32,000 nt of DNA from Candidatus Heimdallarchaeota archaeon B3_Heim. GTDB taxonomy: Archaea; Asgardarchaeota; Heimdallarchaeia; Hodarchaeales; Hodarchaeaceae. The notes under the pieces are model-generated. The model searched no databases. It was not told the DNA's origin and saw nothing but the letters and a program-made list of their open reading frames with translations. The position numbers and the translations under genes were made by a program. The DNA is taken from the NCBI GenBank assembly GCA_003144275.1, contig NJBF01000001.1, positions 1-32,000 of the forward strand, in the 5' to 3' direction. Shown here in pieces: positions 15,833 to 25,766 of the stretch (within the stretch, counting starts at the first letter, position 1; every line of letters starts with the position of its first letter).

Positions 15833-16678
15833 ATGGCTGGTACACTGACAATGCTGGAATCATCACTGACCCTAATTCTCTTCTCAATCGCATTCCTTCT
15901 ATTATTTCTGGGAGCCTATCAAGATTGGAAAACACGAGAAATAGTGGATTGGATTTGGATAGCTATGATTAGTAGTGGATGCATATTACATATTCTACAA
16001 ATTATTTTATTACTGATGAACAACTTAGATATCCAATCTTATCTTTTTAAGTGGTTATATAACATTTTTATTGCTTTAATTTTAGCTGCCTTTCTTACTT
16101 TTTCTGGATTGGGAGGAGAGGCTGATAGAATTGCTTTTATTGCTATATCTTTCGTTTCACCTGTTCAGCAACCACTATTCTCCATCACAGATCCAAAATA
16201 TGATATCATCTTTTCCATCACTCCTAAAATTTTAGGAACATTCTTCAACGCATATTTACTGGCCATAACAGTTCCAATCGCCCTCTTATGCTACAATCTA
16301 ATACGAAGAAACACAATTAGAGAATTTTATACAATATCAAACCAATCTTTCCGAGTTAAGATAGTATTATATTTCATAGGTTACCCTCGAAGTACTCAGC
16401 GTATTTCGGAGGAGATAGATAAAAAACCGTGGCATTTTGATTTCTTAGAGACTTATGATGACGTAGCTGGGTGGAAGTATATTTTCCAAATGCGCCTTGA
16501 AACTCCAGAAGCTGATCTTTCTAGAAAAAAGGAGATTGCCAAAAAAACTCAGATTCATAACAAAGAGTCAATATGGATTCAACCCTCCTTACCCTTCATT
16601 GTATTCTTACTATTAGGCTTCTTATTAGAGATACTACTAGGTAATGTCATTTTTGTCCTTACAGCATATTTTGCATAA
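15833..16678 (+). CDS. A24-family prepilin/prearchaellin peptidase (FlaK/PibD-like)
   Basis: Polytopic membrane protein with both catalytic Asp motifs (AYQDWKTREIVD and GLGGEAD) and a C-terminal WIQPSLPFIVFL typical of the archaeal A24 C-domain. Confidence 0.9.
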   Translation: MAGTLTMLESSLTLILFSIAFLLLFLGAYQDWKTREIVDWIWIAMISSGCILHILQIILLLMNNLDIQSYLFKWLYNIFIALILAAFLTFSGLGGEADRIAFIAISFVSPVQQPLFSITDPKYDIIFSITPKILGTFFNAYLLAITVPIALLCYNLIRRNTIREFYTISNQSFRVKIVLYFIGYPRSTQRISEEIDKKPWHFDFLETYDDVAGWKYIFQMRLETPEADLSRKKEIAKKTQIHNKESIWIQPSLPFIVFLLLGFLLEILLGNVIFVLTAYFA

Positions 16679-16899
16679 ATGGTAAATGTATTTCTATATA
16701 AATTTCAGCGTATAACAATAGCTATCTTCTTTTTTCTGGGTTTCAATCGCTATAAACGAAATTGAAGAATTTTGGCTGTTGTTACATTCAATATTAACAC
16801 ATAAGTTTTCTTATCTTTCATAGATTAATAAGCTAAATTTATTAAGAATTAATCTAGCATTGGTATACGGAGATAAAATTTATTTGTTTTTCTCTGAAC

Positions 16900-17424
16900 T
16901 TGGAAAAAGACAACCAGGAGATTGCTAGCTTGATAGATCCACGAAGGTTTGACAGTGTACTCAGTAAAATCATAAAAAGTGAACCCGGTATCCGAAAAAT
17001 TATTCTAGTCGACCGGACTGGTCTTACGATTGCTCACGTTTCCAAGTTTAGTTATGTATCTGTTGATGTTGATGGTATTGGAGCAATTGCTTCAGCTGTA
17101 TTTATGGCATCAGCAGAACAAGGATCTAATCTGACAATTGGCGGATTGGATATTGTCACTTCAGAATTCGATACTGGTAAAATATTCGCGAGCGCTTGTG
17201 GCCGGGGGATTTTGACAATAATCTCAGATGCTGAGGTTAATATCGGAATGATCCGCTTACTCATGAGAAAGGCTAATGAGGAACTTAGCTCAATCCTTGA
17301 TGAGTTTTTAGCTGGACAACCATCTCGAACCTTCTCAGGAATTGACTCCAAAGCACCTGAAGTTCGTACTGGACTTGAGAAAGATGAACTTGAAGCCGCG
17401 CTACGAGAGCTTGAAAAATTCTAA
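16900..17424 (+). CDS. Roadblock/LC7 (MglB-like) protein with C-terminal extension
   Basis: IILVDRTGLTIAH, DGIGAIASAVFMA, GRGILTIISD..VNIGMIRLLMRKA. Confidence 0.9.
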   Translation: MEKDNQEIASLIDPRRFDSVLSKIIKSEPGIRKIILVDRTGLTIAHVSKFSYVSVDVDGIGAIASAVFMASAEQGSNLTIGGLDIVTSEFDTGKIFASACGRGILTIISDAEVNIGMIRLLMRKANEELSSILDEFLAGQPSRTFSGIDSKAPEVRTGLEKDELEAALRELEKF

Positions 17425-17466
17425 TCTAATTTCCTATCCTCCTAGTCAGTGAAGGAGTCAAGTTGA

Positions 17467-18048
17467 TTGCGAAAAGACGCAGAAGGTCGTCATAGATTTA
17501 AAATAGTATTTTATGGCCCCTCTCTCTGTGGAAAAACAACAACTCTTAGTTGGCTCTATCATAAGGTTGATGGTTTAGAAAAGGGGAAATTTACCCAACT
17601 AGCTGATCCACATGGACGCACGCTTTTTTTTGATTTTGCACCCATGCAAGCTACTACAGGAGTGGTTTTTGACGTTTATACTACAGCGGGACAGGAAAGA
17701 CATAAACACCAGCGTAAAATAGTTATTCAGGGGGTAGATGGCATCTTATTTGTTGTTGATTCTTCGTCAGATCAGCTTCAAGAAAATATTGCTTCCTTCG
17801 AGGAGCTTACAACTCATTTGGGGGAAGATTTAGGCACTACAATTCCTTTAGTTATTGCTTTGAACAAACGAGATGTTGAGGCTGCACTACCACGATCAGA
17901 GCTAATTGAAAGATTAAAATTATCCAATTATCCAATTTATGAAACTGTGGCTACTACGGGTATTGGGATAAAGCGTGCTTTCCAATCATTAGCCCGTGAA
18001 ATATTAATGATACAATTATACGGAACTAAGACATCTCAGAATAGTTAG
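17467..18048 (+). CDS. MglA-like small GTPase
   Basis: KIVFYGPSLCGKTT.L.WLY, RTLFFDF, TTAGQ, QGVDGILFVVDS, NKRD, ETVA.TG.G; directly downstream of an MglB-like gene. Confidence 0.9.
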   Translation: MRKDAEGRHRFKIVFYGPSLCGKTTTLSWLYHKVDGLEKGKFTQLADPHGRTLFFDFAPMQATTGVVFDVYTTAGQERHKHQRKIVIQGVDGILFVVDSSSDQLQENIASFEELTTHLGEDLGTTIPLVIALNKRDVEAALPRSELIERLKLSNYPIYETVATTGIGIKRAFQSLAREILMIQLYGTKTSQNS

Positions 18049-18320
18049 CTTTTTTTCTGAATAATTACAGTCCATCCTCTAGTTTCTATTACCTCAGAGT
18101 TACTGTTTAATATAGCTTTCAAGGCTGAAACTGCTTCTTGACGTGAATTGAAAGGAGAATTTTTTAGAAACTTTATTTTAATGGTTTTATCCTTTTTTAA
18201 TCGGTTATTAAGTTCATTAAGAAAGGAATCAGATAAACCGTTTTTTCCTACTTGTAAACTTGGCGACTCTGCTCGGATATTCCGTACGTTTGGTTGATGT
18301 AACTTGGACATGTATTTCAA
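18045..18320 (-). CDS. yhbY: YhbY/CRM-domain RNA-binding protein
   Basis: PSLQVGKNGLSDSFLNEL...LKKDKTIKIKFLKN...IETRG.TVII. Confidence 0.88.
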   Translation of the reverse strand: MKYMSKLHQPNVRNIRAESPSLQVGKNGLSDSFLNELNNRLKKDKTIKIKFLKNSPFNSRQEAVSALKAILNSNSEVIETRGWTVIIQKKS

Positions 18321-18564
18321 AACCTCTTACTTTGGAGCGTTTTGTTAAGTTAATCTTATAGTTTTGCTATCTAAACCTTTAGTTCAATCTAATTTGTTAT
18401 GATACAATAGAAGGAATTTCTCCTCGTAATATCCACATATTAGGATCTTATATTACTTTGAGTAGAAAGAATGATGTTAGTAGGTTTATTCTCCTTGTAC
18501 ACCTTCTCATTCGGAAAAATCTCGGAATTAGAAATATATTTATAGGAGATAAGCTTAAATTCAC

Positions 18565-19017
18565 ATGTCTAAGCAAAGATATGTGCGGAAATTTGTTTAC
18601 AAGGGTGTAAGAATGTACATTCCCGATACTGATGCAGATCTACAAATGCATAAAGAAATAGTCGAAGTCTTGGAAGCATTTGTTAGTAAATTGCCAGCTA
18701 TAGACTTTGCTAGCGTTGTAAGTCTTGAAGGACTTCCCATTTCCTCTTGGCCTCCTAAACTTCCAGGTGATTTGGATGATGTACGAATAGCCGCAATGAC
18801 TGCGGCAATTCTTAGTTTAGGCGAGAGAGCTGTCATGGAAACGGGGAAAGGAGAAATGACACGGATTCTTGTTGAAGGAAACGATGGTTACCTTATTTCA
18901 GTTCAATCTGGTAGTAAAGCAGTATTAACTGCTTCAGCAAACCGATCAGTAAAATTGGGCTTAATTTTTCTTGATATGAAACAAGCTGCAAAGAAAGTCG
19001 GTGAAATACTGGGTTAA
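18565..19017 (+). CDS. Roadblock/LC7 domain protein (true start may be an internal Met)
   Basis: ASVVSLEGLPISS, RIAAMTAAILSLGERA..E.GKGE...ILVEG..GYLI....G..AVL.......VKLGLIFLDMKQAA. Confidence 0.92.
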   Translation: MSKQRYVRKFVYKGVRMYIPDTDADLQMHKEIVEVLEAFVSKLPAIDFASVVSLEGLPISSWPPKLPGDLDDVRIAAMTAAILSLGERAVMETGKGEMTRILVEGNDGYLISVQSGSKAVLTASANRSVKLGLIFLDMKQAAKKVGEILG

Positions 19018-19093
19018 TTCCCGGAGAAAATCCAGAATTTTACTCTTTTCATTCTGAAAAATAGGAAGAAGAACAATGTTTGTTGTCTGTTAC

Positions 19094-19888
19094 CTAATAG
19101 AGCTTATTCCTCATTGATTGGGCCTTTTGATAATAAAAATCGTGCAGAACAGATTCATTTAGCTCTTGAGCAATTTCCGCTGCTCTTTCATAATATATCA
19201 GAGCAGAGTCATAATTCTCTTTAGTAGCTTCAAGATCTCCAAATTCCCCATAAGCTATCATTAGATTATATTTGTCCCCCGACTTCTCAAAATATTCAAT
19301 GGCTTCTGTCAGATAATGGGTTGCTTGCACATCACTAGATACATCTCCCAATTTAAGATTTTGGCATAGTACTTTAGCAATGTTGATTTGGGCAATTGCT
19401 AAGTTATGTTTATCATTGCGTTCTTCTGCATGGCCACGCGCAATATCAAAGTTTTTAAGTGAACTATCATAATTAGCTAAACGATAATAGCATTCTCCAA
19501 TATTCATATACGCATTCACAACGGCTTTGTGAAAATTAGCTTTTTTGGCTTTTTCTAATGCGTTCTCAAAGACCGAAACTGCTTCTTGAAAATTATTTTG
19601 CTCATATAATATTATTCCCTCGGTTGAAAAGACATTCTCTTCAAGCATTGGGTCACCTAATTCCTTAGAAATCCGTCTTACGACTTCTAATAGTTCCTGT
19701 GCCAGAGTAGAATTCTTTGCTTCAACAGCTTCCTCTAGCTGAGCAAATGCGGCATGAAATTGACCATTCAAATCGGCAAGAATTGTGAAAATTTGTTCTG
19801 CCTTTTTAAAATCTGCTTTTGCCTTTTTTTGGATCAGTAGATAAAATTCTTCTACCTGCGTCAAGCAGTCTCCACGGTTCTTCCCCAA
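19094..19888 (-). CDS. TPR-repeat protein; probably the 3' part of a single gene frameshifted at an A7 run (19824-19830)
   Basis: Repeated TPR patterns (GIILYEQNNFQEAVSVFENAL, NIGECYYRLANYDSSLKNF, GEFGDLEATKENYDSALIYYERA). It overlaps the upstream same-strand ORF by 83 nt. Confidence 0.85.
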   Translation of the reverse strand: MGKNRGDCLTQVEEFYLLIQKKAKADFKKAEQIFTILADLNGQFHAAFAQLEEAVEAKNSTLAQELLEVVRRISKELGDPMLEENVFSTEGIILYEQNNFQEAVSVFENALEKAKKANFHKAVVNAYMNIGECYYRLANYDSSLKNFDIARGHAEERNDKHNLAIAQINIAKVLCQNLKLGDVSSDVQATHYLTEAIEYFEKSGDKYNLMIAYGEFGDLEATKENYDSALIYYERAAEIAQELNESVLHDFYYQKAQSMRNKLY

Positions 19889-20342
19889 TTATATCTGCAA
19901 TCTTCCTCCACTCTTGCTTAGAGATGCCGCAAATCACGCTTTTACTTCGCCATTTTTGTGGAAATTCAAATAATTCATTAACCAAGTCTAATAAAAGGTT
20001 ATTATCTCCCCCTGCCTGAGCTGCTACACTTTGAGGACCAACAGCGCGAAGTTTGAGATCTCCCTCTGAAAATTCAAATAATACTCCGAGAGGAACAGAT
20101 TTCTTCTTGTCTTCTCCCCATTTTCTGCCAACAATTAATAGAAAATTCTTTGATGGAAAATCAATATCTTCACGACTGACTGTTTTCAGTAAAAGCAACC
20201 AGTGATAGTCTGTATCGAAAAAACTCGAAATTAACCTACCCTGAAATTCGGGATCCCAATCAACCAGATCCTCAACATCGGCTAATTCGATTACCTCCTC
20301 CTGACCAGCCCCTAAAGCAAAATGAACTTTCCAAATGACCAT
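19806..20342 (-). CDS. Hypothetical protein; probably the 5' part of the same frameshifted TPR gene
   Basis: Long open frame with normal protein-like composition; ends just after the A7 run inside the TPR ORF. Confidence 0.65.
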   Translation of the reverse strand: MVIWKVHFALGAGQEEVIELADVEDLVDWDPEFQGRLISSFFDTDYHWLLLLKTVSREDIDFPSKNFLLIVGRKWGEDKKKSVPLGVLFEFSEGDLKLRAVGPQSVAAQAGGDNNLLLDLVNELFEFPQKWRSKSVICGISKQEWRKIADIIGEEPWRLLDAGRRILSTDPKKGKSRF

Positions 20343-20568
20343 TCGTTCTTCACCCTACGTTCATAGTCGCGAGACACAACATCATTATAATTCTTACATT
20401 GATCAACTTAAATACAATTCTCAATTAATTTGAGGTGCTTTATCAGAATACATTGTGACTACTTGTTTATTTTAACCGTTGGATGTATATCTATCGAGCT
20501 CTTAGTCGGTTTAAAAATTTACGAAAAATTGATTTCACAGGTTTTTTTTCAGAAATACTTCTTCACTT

Positions 20569-21999
20569 CTAAGGCTCAGGATCATCTATAGCTAGCTTGC
20601 TCGTTCGATACTTAGGATGATATTTCTGTAATAGCTTTGGAGGAATTCGTTTTAATTCCTCTTCTGGAAGATCCGATAATAAATCCCAAGCCAGTTCCAG
20701 TGTATCAAAAATTTCTCGTGATTCATAATACCCTTGACGTAGAAATTCGCTTTCAAAACGATCTGCAAATCGTAAATACTTCTTGTCGGTAGCACTTAAG
20801 CTTTCCTCACCAACAACGGCTACTAAGTCCCTCAAATTTCTTCCAAGGGAATATCCCGCAAACATTTGATCTGCAACTGGCTTATGACACACATGAGTCC
20901 GTCCTCTTCCGATTCCTTCACGCATCAGTCGACTCAGACTGGGCATTGGATCAATAGGAGGATATATTCCTCTTCGATTTAAATCTCGATCCACAATTAG
21001 TTGGCCTTCTGTAATATACCCAGAAAGATCAGGAATTGGATGTGTTATATCATCAGAGGGCATAGAAAGGATAGGGAGCTGTGTTATTGTTCCTGAATGA
21101 CCTTTTATTCTTCCTGCTCGCTCATAAATTGTAGCAAGATCGGTGTACAGATACCCTGGATATCCACGACGGCCAGGAACTTCTTCACGTGCAGCAGAGA
21201 TCTCACGTAAAGCCTCAGCATAGTTTGTCATGTCAGTTAGTATAACTAAACAATGGTAATCGTATTCAAAAGCTAGATACTCAGCTACTGAGAGTGCAAT
21301 CCGCGGAGTGATCAATCTTTCGGCTGCTGGGGAATCGGCTAGATTTAGGAAAAGTATTACTCGTTCAAGAGCGCCCGTTTTCTCAAAATCTTCTCTAAAA
21401 AATCGTGCTTCTTCAGTAGTGATACCCATTGCTGCAAAAATGACCGCAAACTCTTCATCTTTGCCTAAGACAGTTGACTGACGTGCAATTTGTGCAGCGA
21501 TATTATTATGAGGTAATCCACTACCGGAGAAAATTGGTAACTTCTGACCTCTAATTAATGTGTTTAAACCATCAATGGAAGATATTCCTGTCTGAATAAA
21601 TTCTCTAGGATACTCACGAGAGTAAGGATTGATGGGGGCACCAGTAATATCTAATCGTTCTTCCGCGAAAATCTGTGGTCCAGCATCGATAGCTTTTCCA
21701 CTTCCAGAAAAAATTCGACCAAGCATGTCTTGTGATACTGCAATTTTAATCGTTTCACCCAGAAACCTAACGGAAGTTTTTCGAGTATCGAGACCTTGGG
21801 TCCCTTCAAAAACTTGCACAACTGCAATGTCTTCTGCGGCTTCTAGAACTTGACCAGTTCTTTTTTCTCCATCTGGAGTGAGAACATGCACTAATTCACC
21901 ATAAGCAACTCCTTTAATGTTCTTAACGAATAATAAAGGACCAGCTATTGAAGATACTGTGGAATATGTGATGACCGAGGAGGGAGATTCTTCAATCAT
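20569..21999 (-). CDS. atpB: A/V-type ATP synthase subunit B
   Basis: [84 protein letters not shown]. Confidence 0.97.
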   Translation of the reverse strand: MIEESPSSVITYSTVSSIAGPLLFVKNIKGVAYGELVHVLTPDGEKRTGQVLEAAEDIAVVQVFEGTQGLDTRKTSVRFLGETIKIAVSQDMLGRIFSGSGKAIDAGPQIFAEERLDITGAPINPYSREYPREFIQTGISSIDGLNTLIRGQKLPIFSGSGLPHNNIAAQIARQSTVLGKDEEFAVIFAAMGITTEEARFFREDFEKTGALERVILFLNLADSPAAERLITPRIALSVAEYLAFEYDYHCLVILTDMTNYAEALREISAAREEVPGRRGYPGYLYTDLATIYERAGRIKGHSGTITQLPILSMPSDDITHPIPDLSGYITEGQLIVDRDLNRRGIYPPIDPMPSLSRLMREGIGRGRTHVCHKPVADQMFAGYSLGRNLRDLVAVVGEESLSATDKKYLRFADRFESEFLRQGYYESREIFDTLELAWDLLSDLPEEELKRIPPKLLQKYHPKYRTSKLAIDDPEP

Positions 22000-22046
22000 A
22001 ATCTATACACTTCGTTTCTGTTCTTATCGTCTGACTTAGTAGTTGA

Positions 22047-23618
22047 TTAAATCATTTTTGCTGCTAAATAATTATTACGTAAATTCTTTAGCTCCTCAAC
22101 TAGCTTTTCAATTGGAATTCTTGTTTGTTGCATACTATCCCTGTCCCTAATAGTAATATTTTCATCCTCAAGAGTACCAAAATCGACGGTAACGCAAAAA
22201 GGAGTCCCAATTTCATCATGTCTACGATACCTTTTACCAATTGATCCACCATCATCAAAATTAACTGTAAATCCTTGTGCTCTTAAGAATTTAAATATAT
22301 CTTGCGCTTTTGCAAGAATTTGGGGCTTTTTCTGTAATGGAAAAACTGCTACATCGTAGGGGGCCAAGCTTGGGTGAATTTTCAATACCACCCGTTTTCT
22401 GTCATTAACGGTTTCCTCTTGATATCCATCAGCAAGAATCGTTAATAAAATACGCCCAAGACCAACAGAGGGTTCTGCAACGACATATGGTACATAACGT
22501 TTTACACCTGTCTCATCAGTCTCACTAAAGTGAAGTTTTGTTTTAGAATGTATTTGATGCTGCTCTAAGTCATATTGAGTTCTATTTGCACAACCCATTA
22601 ATTCTTTCCAGCCAAAATTATATTGATACTCAATATCCCAAGTATCTAAAGCGTAATGACTCAATTCTGATTCTAGATGTTGTCTGAATCGTAATTTATT
22701 ACCGTTTATACCCATTTTATCCGTAAACCAGTTATTAAAAGTCGCTAACCAGTATGCTTGCCATTTATTTTTGAAAATTTGATCATCCCAAGCCTTTTGA
22801 ATGCTCATTGGTACAAAATCGTCAGAGATTTTGTCCGTCTGTTCTTTTCTTGAATAAATATTCACTTGTGTTTCAGTCACATCCTCAAAAACGGGACAAT
22901 CGTTGGTCTTCTGGGGATCTGTAAAATATTCAAACTCCATTAATTCATATTCACGTACTCGGAATAAAAAATTACGGGGAGAAATTTCATTTCTAAAAAC
23001 TATGCCCGATTGGGCAATACCAAAAGGTATCTTTACACGTGTAGAATCAATTACATTTCTGAATCCAGAAAAGATTAACTGAGCATTCTCCGGTCGAAGA
23101 TAAGCAATTGATGCTGAATCCTGAATTGGTCCCACCTGTGTCTTGAACATCAAATTGAAAGTTATTGGTTTTCCCAACTTACCTCCACATTCTGGGCAGA
23201 TAAGTCCCTCTTTTAGAACGAGTTCCCTCATTCCTTCGAGATCTAGATGCTCAGACTGTATGTGTAATTGATCTTCGACTAAATGATCAAGTCTGTGTTT
23301 TTTCTTACATTTACCTTCGCAAAAAATTAAGGGGTCCGTGAAACTTGACAGGTGTCCAGAAGCTTCCCAAACTTTCGGATGAGTAATGATGGCACCCTCA
23401 TATCCAACAATGTCATCACGGTTTCTAACGAACTCAGTCCACCATGCATCCTTAATCCGATTTTTGATCTCCACACCTATAGGCCCAAAATCCCAGAATC
23501 CGGCCAGACCCCCGTAAATGTCACCTGTACGATAAGCGATACCAGTTTTATTCGCAAATGCCATTATTTTTTCTAGAAACTGTTTTAAATCCTTATCTAG
23601 TTCCATTTTCATTACCAA
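22047..23618 (-). CDS. glyS: Glycyl-tRNA synthetase (homodimeric, archaeal/eukaryotic type)
   Basis: IYGGLAGFWDFGPIG, YLRPENAQ, FRNEISPRNFLFRVREYELME, EPSVGLGR, SIGKRYRRHDEIGTPFCVTVDF. Confidence 0.97.
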   Translation of the reverse strand: MVMKMELDKDLKQFLEKIMAFANKTGIAYRTGDIYGGLAGFWDFGPIGVEIKNRIKDAWWTEFVRNRDDIVGYEGAIITHPKVWEASGHLSSFTDPLIFCEGKCKKKHRLDHLVEDQLHIQSEHLDLEGMRELVLKEGLICPECGGKLGKPITFNLMFKTQVGPIQDSASIAYLRPENAQLIFSGFRNVIDSTRVKIPFGIAQSGIVFRNEISPRNFLFRVREYELMEFEYFTDPQKTNDCPVFEDVTETQVNIYSRKEQTDKISDDFVPMSIQKAWDDQIFKNKWQAYWLATFNNWFTDKMGINGNKLRFRQHLESELSHYALDTWDIEYQYNFGWKELMGCANRTQYDLEQHQIHSKTKLHFSETDETGVKRYVPYVVAEPSVGLGRILLTILADGYQEETVNDRKRVVLKIHPSLAPYDVAVFPLQKKPQILAKAQDIFKFLRAQGFTVNFDDGGSIGKRYRRHDEIGTPFCVTVDFGTLEDENITIRDRDSMQQTRIPIEKLVEELKNLRNNYLAAKMI

Positions 23619-23845
23619 ACTTAATTCATTTACAGGTTACTTATTTTAAGGGAAATTAATGCAGATTTTCTTATTGAATATTTACGATACCTCTTTAAAC
23701 ATGTGTTAAAGCGATATTAGCACATTACACTACTTAGGAAGCAATTTCCTTTAGTAATTTAAAAATATCTTCTGCAAGATCAAGAATCGAGACAAAACTG
23801 TTTAGAAGTTTCAAATTGAATTCTACAAAAATAATCAGGAATTAC

Positions 23846-24700
23846 TTAGTTGGTGACTTTTTCCCAGTAAGGGACCTTACCTGCCACAAATTCTCGCATT
23901 ATAACCTTAGCAGCTTCAATATAATTCAATTTTCCACCCTTAAGTATTAATCCCCTTCTTTTAGCAATATGATCGAGTATCTCTTGATTACTTTCTTCTC
24001 GTGAAGGAATATCATACTTCTCTATAAATCCCTTAAAGTAATGCAGTCTTATTCGATCAAGAAAAAAATTAACAGTATCAATCGGATCTGGTAATTTCCC
24101 AATTTCATATGCTCCCAGAAAAGCTTGCAGATTGATATCAGGAATATCGAATGGTACCACTCCTGGAGAGTCATAAATCAAGACTTTGTTCGAAATTCGG
24201 ACTATTTGCTTATGACGTGTCACACCTGGTCTTTGACCTGTTGGTGCAACATGTTTTCCTCGCAAAATGTTTAATAAACTACTTTTCCCTGTATTTGGAA
24301 TACCTACCAAAGAAATAACGGTTTCTCTTTTCGGAGATAAACGTGAAATTTGTTGTCTTAACTTTTTGGTCCCTAATCTATTTTGAGCCGAAATGTATAC
24401 GGTAGGAAATTCTTTATTCAGAATTTGTTTATTATTTTCACAGATATTTCTTGGAACAAGATCACACTTATTGAGTACAATTATCAAGGAGCATCCTAAA
24501 GTTGATATATGCTTTTCAATGGAGGATACTCGAGTTAGATGGGGGAATCTTCCATCTACAACTTCTAAAATAACATCACTAGTCCTTATAAGCTCGAATA
24601 CCCAGCGATTTTCTTTTCTACGTCTCATGAATCTAAGACTCGTTTCTTTTGTGTTATTGAGATAAGTAACGAAGAAATATATTTGACTTTTTATGTTCAC
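23846..24700 (-). CDS. Circularly permuted ribosome-biogenesis GTPase (RbgA/YlqF family); probable start ATG ~24628
   Basis: G4 NKCD and G5 ISA precede G1 GIPNTGKSS, G2 PGVT and G3 DSPG; the C-terminal LKGGKL....AA..+MREF.AGK is typical of the family. Confidence 0.93.
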   Translation of the reverse strand: MNIKSQIYFFVTYLNNTKETSLRFMRRRKENRWVFELIRTSDVILEVVDGRFPHLTRVSSIEKHISTLGCSLIIVLNKCDLVPRNICENNKQILNKEFPTVYISAQNRLGTKKLRQQISRLSPKRETVISLVGIPNTGKSSLLNILRGKHVAPTGQRPGVTRHKQIVRISNKVLIYDSPGVVPFDIPDINLQAFLGAYEIGKLPDPIDTVNFFLDRIRLHYFKGFIEKYDIPSREESNQEILDHIAKRRGLILKGGKLNYIEAAKVIMREFVAGKVPYWEKVTN

Positions 24701-24974
24701 GTCAGACTTGTAAGGAGATGATTACCTTTAAATTCGACGATATTACCTGTAATCCTAGACGCACTTAAGCAAAGCATATAATTTATCAAATAAATCCATT
24801 CCCTTTTTTAATTCAGTATTCCAATTTTAAAATTTTCACCATTCCAAAAAAAAATAATTCATATAATAACAAAAAAATACTCATGTCAAAAGCAATATTA
24901 TTAGAAGGAATAGGGCAAAGAACATTACTAGAATCATCTTTTATTCGGAAGATCCTTTTTCTAGTAACTAAATC

Positions 24975-25436
24975 TTGATACAAAACATTTATCACCCTAT
25001 TTCGAGGAAAGTATTGATCATGACAGCTGAAAAAGACTACCTTGCTAGCTTAAAACGTGCACGAGAGAACCTGCCCGCTCACGTGTTTGAAAAGTCTCGT
25101 TTTGAAATTCCACAGGGTGATATCTTTCAAGAAGGAAATAGAACGTGGATCACTGATTGGAATCGAATCCTCAAAATTTTAAATCGTGAAAATGATGCTG
25201 ATCACCTATCAAAACATTTAGCAGGAGAATTCGCAACCTCTGCGACCGAGGAACGAGGCCGTTTATTTCTGCAGGGCAAATTTTCAAGAACAATGGTCAA
25301 TCGCGAGTTAGCAGCGTACGTCAAAGAATTCGTTCTGTGTGAAGAATGTGGAAAACCAGATACAAAACTTGTCCGAGAGGGAAGAATTCTGATCAAAGTT
25401 TGTGAAGCTTGTGGTGCCCGTGGAGCGGTCAAGTAA
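24975..25436 (+). CDS. eif2b: Translation initiation factor 2 subunit beta (aIF2beta); probable start ATG 25020
   Basis: Y...LKRA.E.LP, RFEIP...EGNRT.I, EFATSA, YVKEFVLCEECGKPDTKL, CEACGA. Confidence 0.96.
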   Translation: MIQNIYHPISRKVLIMTAEKDYLASLKRARENLPAHVFEKSRFEIPQGDIFQEGNRTWITDWNRILKILNRENDADHLSKHLAGEFATSATEERGRLFLQGKFSRTMVNRELAAYVKEFVLCEECGKPDTKLVREGRILIKVCEACGARGAVK

Positions 25437-25764
25437 ACACAGTTCTGAACGTGTGTTTTTTAAAATTCACCGTAGGGATAGAACAGAAATTCTTGCTATC
25501 TGTGATGAAGCCCTCCTAGGAAAAGAGCTGACCAATAACACTACTAGAATGAAAGTTCCAATTGGCTTTTATAAGGGCAGAGATATCTCTCAATCAGATG
25601 CCTTAGACTTAATGCGAAGATATACAAATATTAATGCTTTAGGATCCGTTCTTGATTTAGGTATAAAAAAAGAAATCATAAACGAAGAAGCAGTGATATG
25701 GTTTAACTCCGATGATGGTAGAAGAATTCCACATTTACTTATTTTCTCATTTCCTCCAATTTAA
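25402..25764 (+). CDS. DUF424 family protein
   Basis: ILAICDEALLGKEL, FYKG, NINALG; conserved archaeal neighbourhood with aIF2beta and NMD3. Confidence 0.85.
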   Translation: MKLVVPVERSSKHSSERVFFKIHRRDRTEILAICDEALLGKELTNNTTRMKVPIGFYKGRDISQSDALDLMRRYTNINALGSVLDLGIKKEIINEEAVIWFNSDDGRRIPHLLIFSFPPI

Positions 25765-25766
25765 TT

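Noticed and set aside
18565-18612. Roadblock N-terminus YVRKFVYKGV resembles the RKFTYRG motif of ribosomal protein uS19
   Set aside because: The match is too short and may lie upstream of the true start codon; most likely coincidence.
24813-24995. 60-aa minus-strand ORF between the cpGTPase and aIF2beta
   Set aside because: AT-rich promoter region, low-complexity Phe/Leu content and no motif; probably non-coding.
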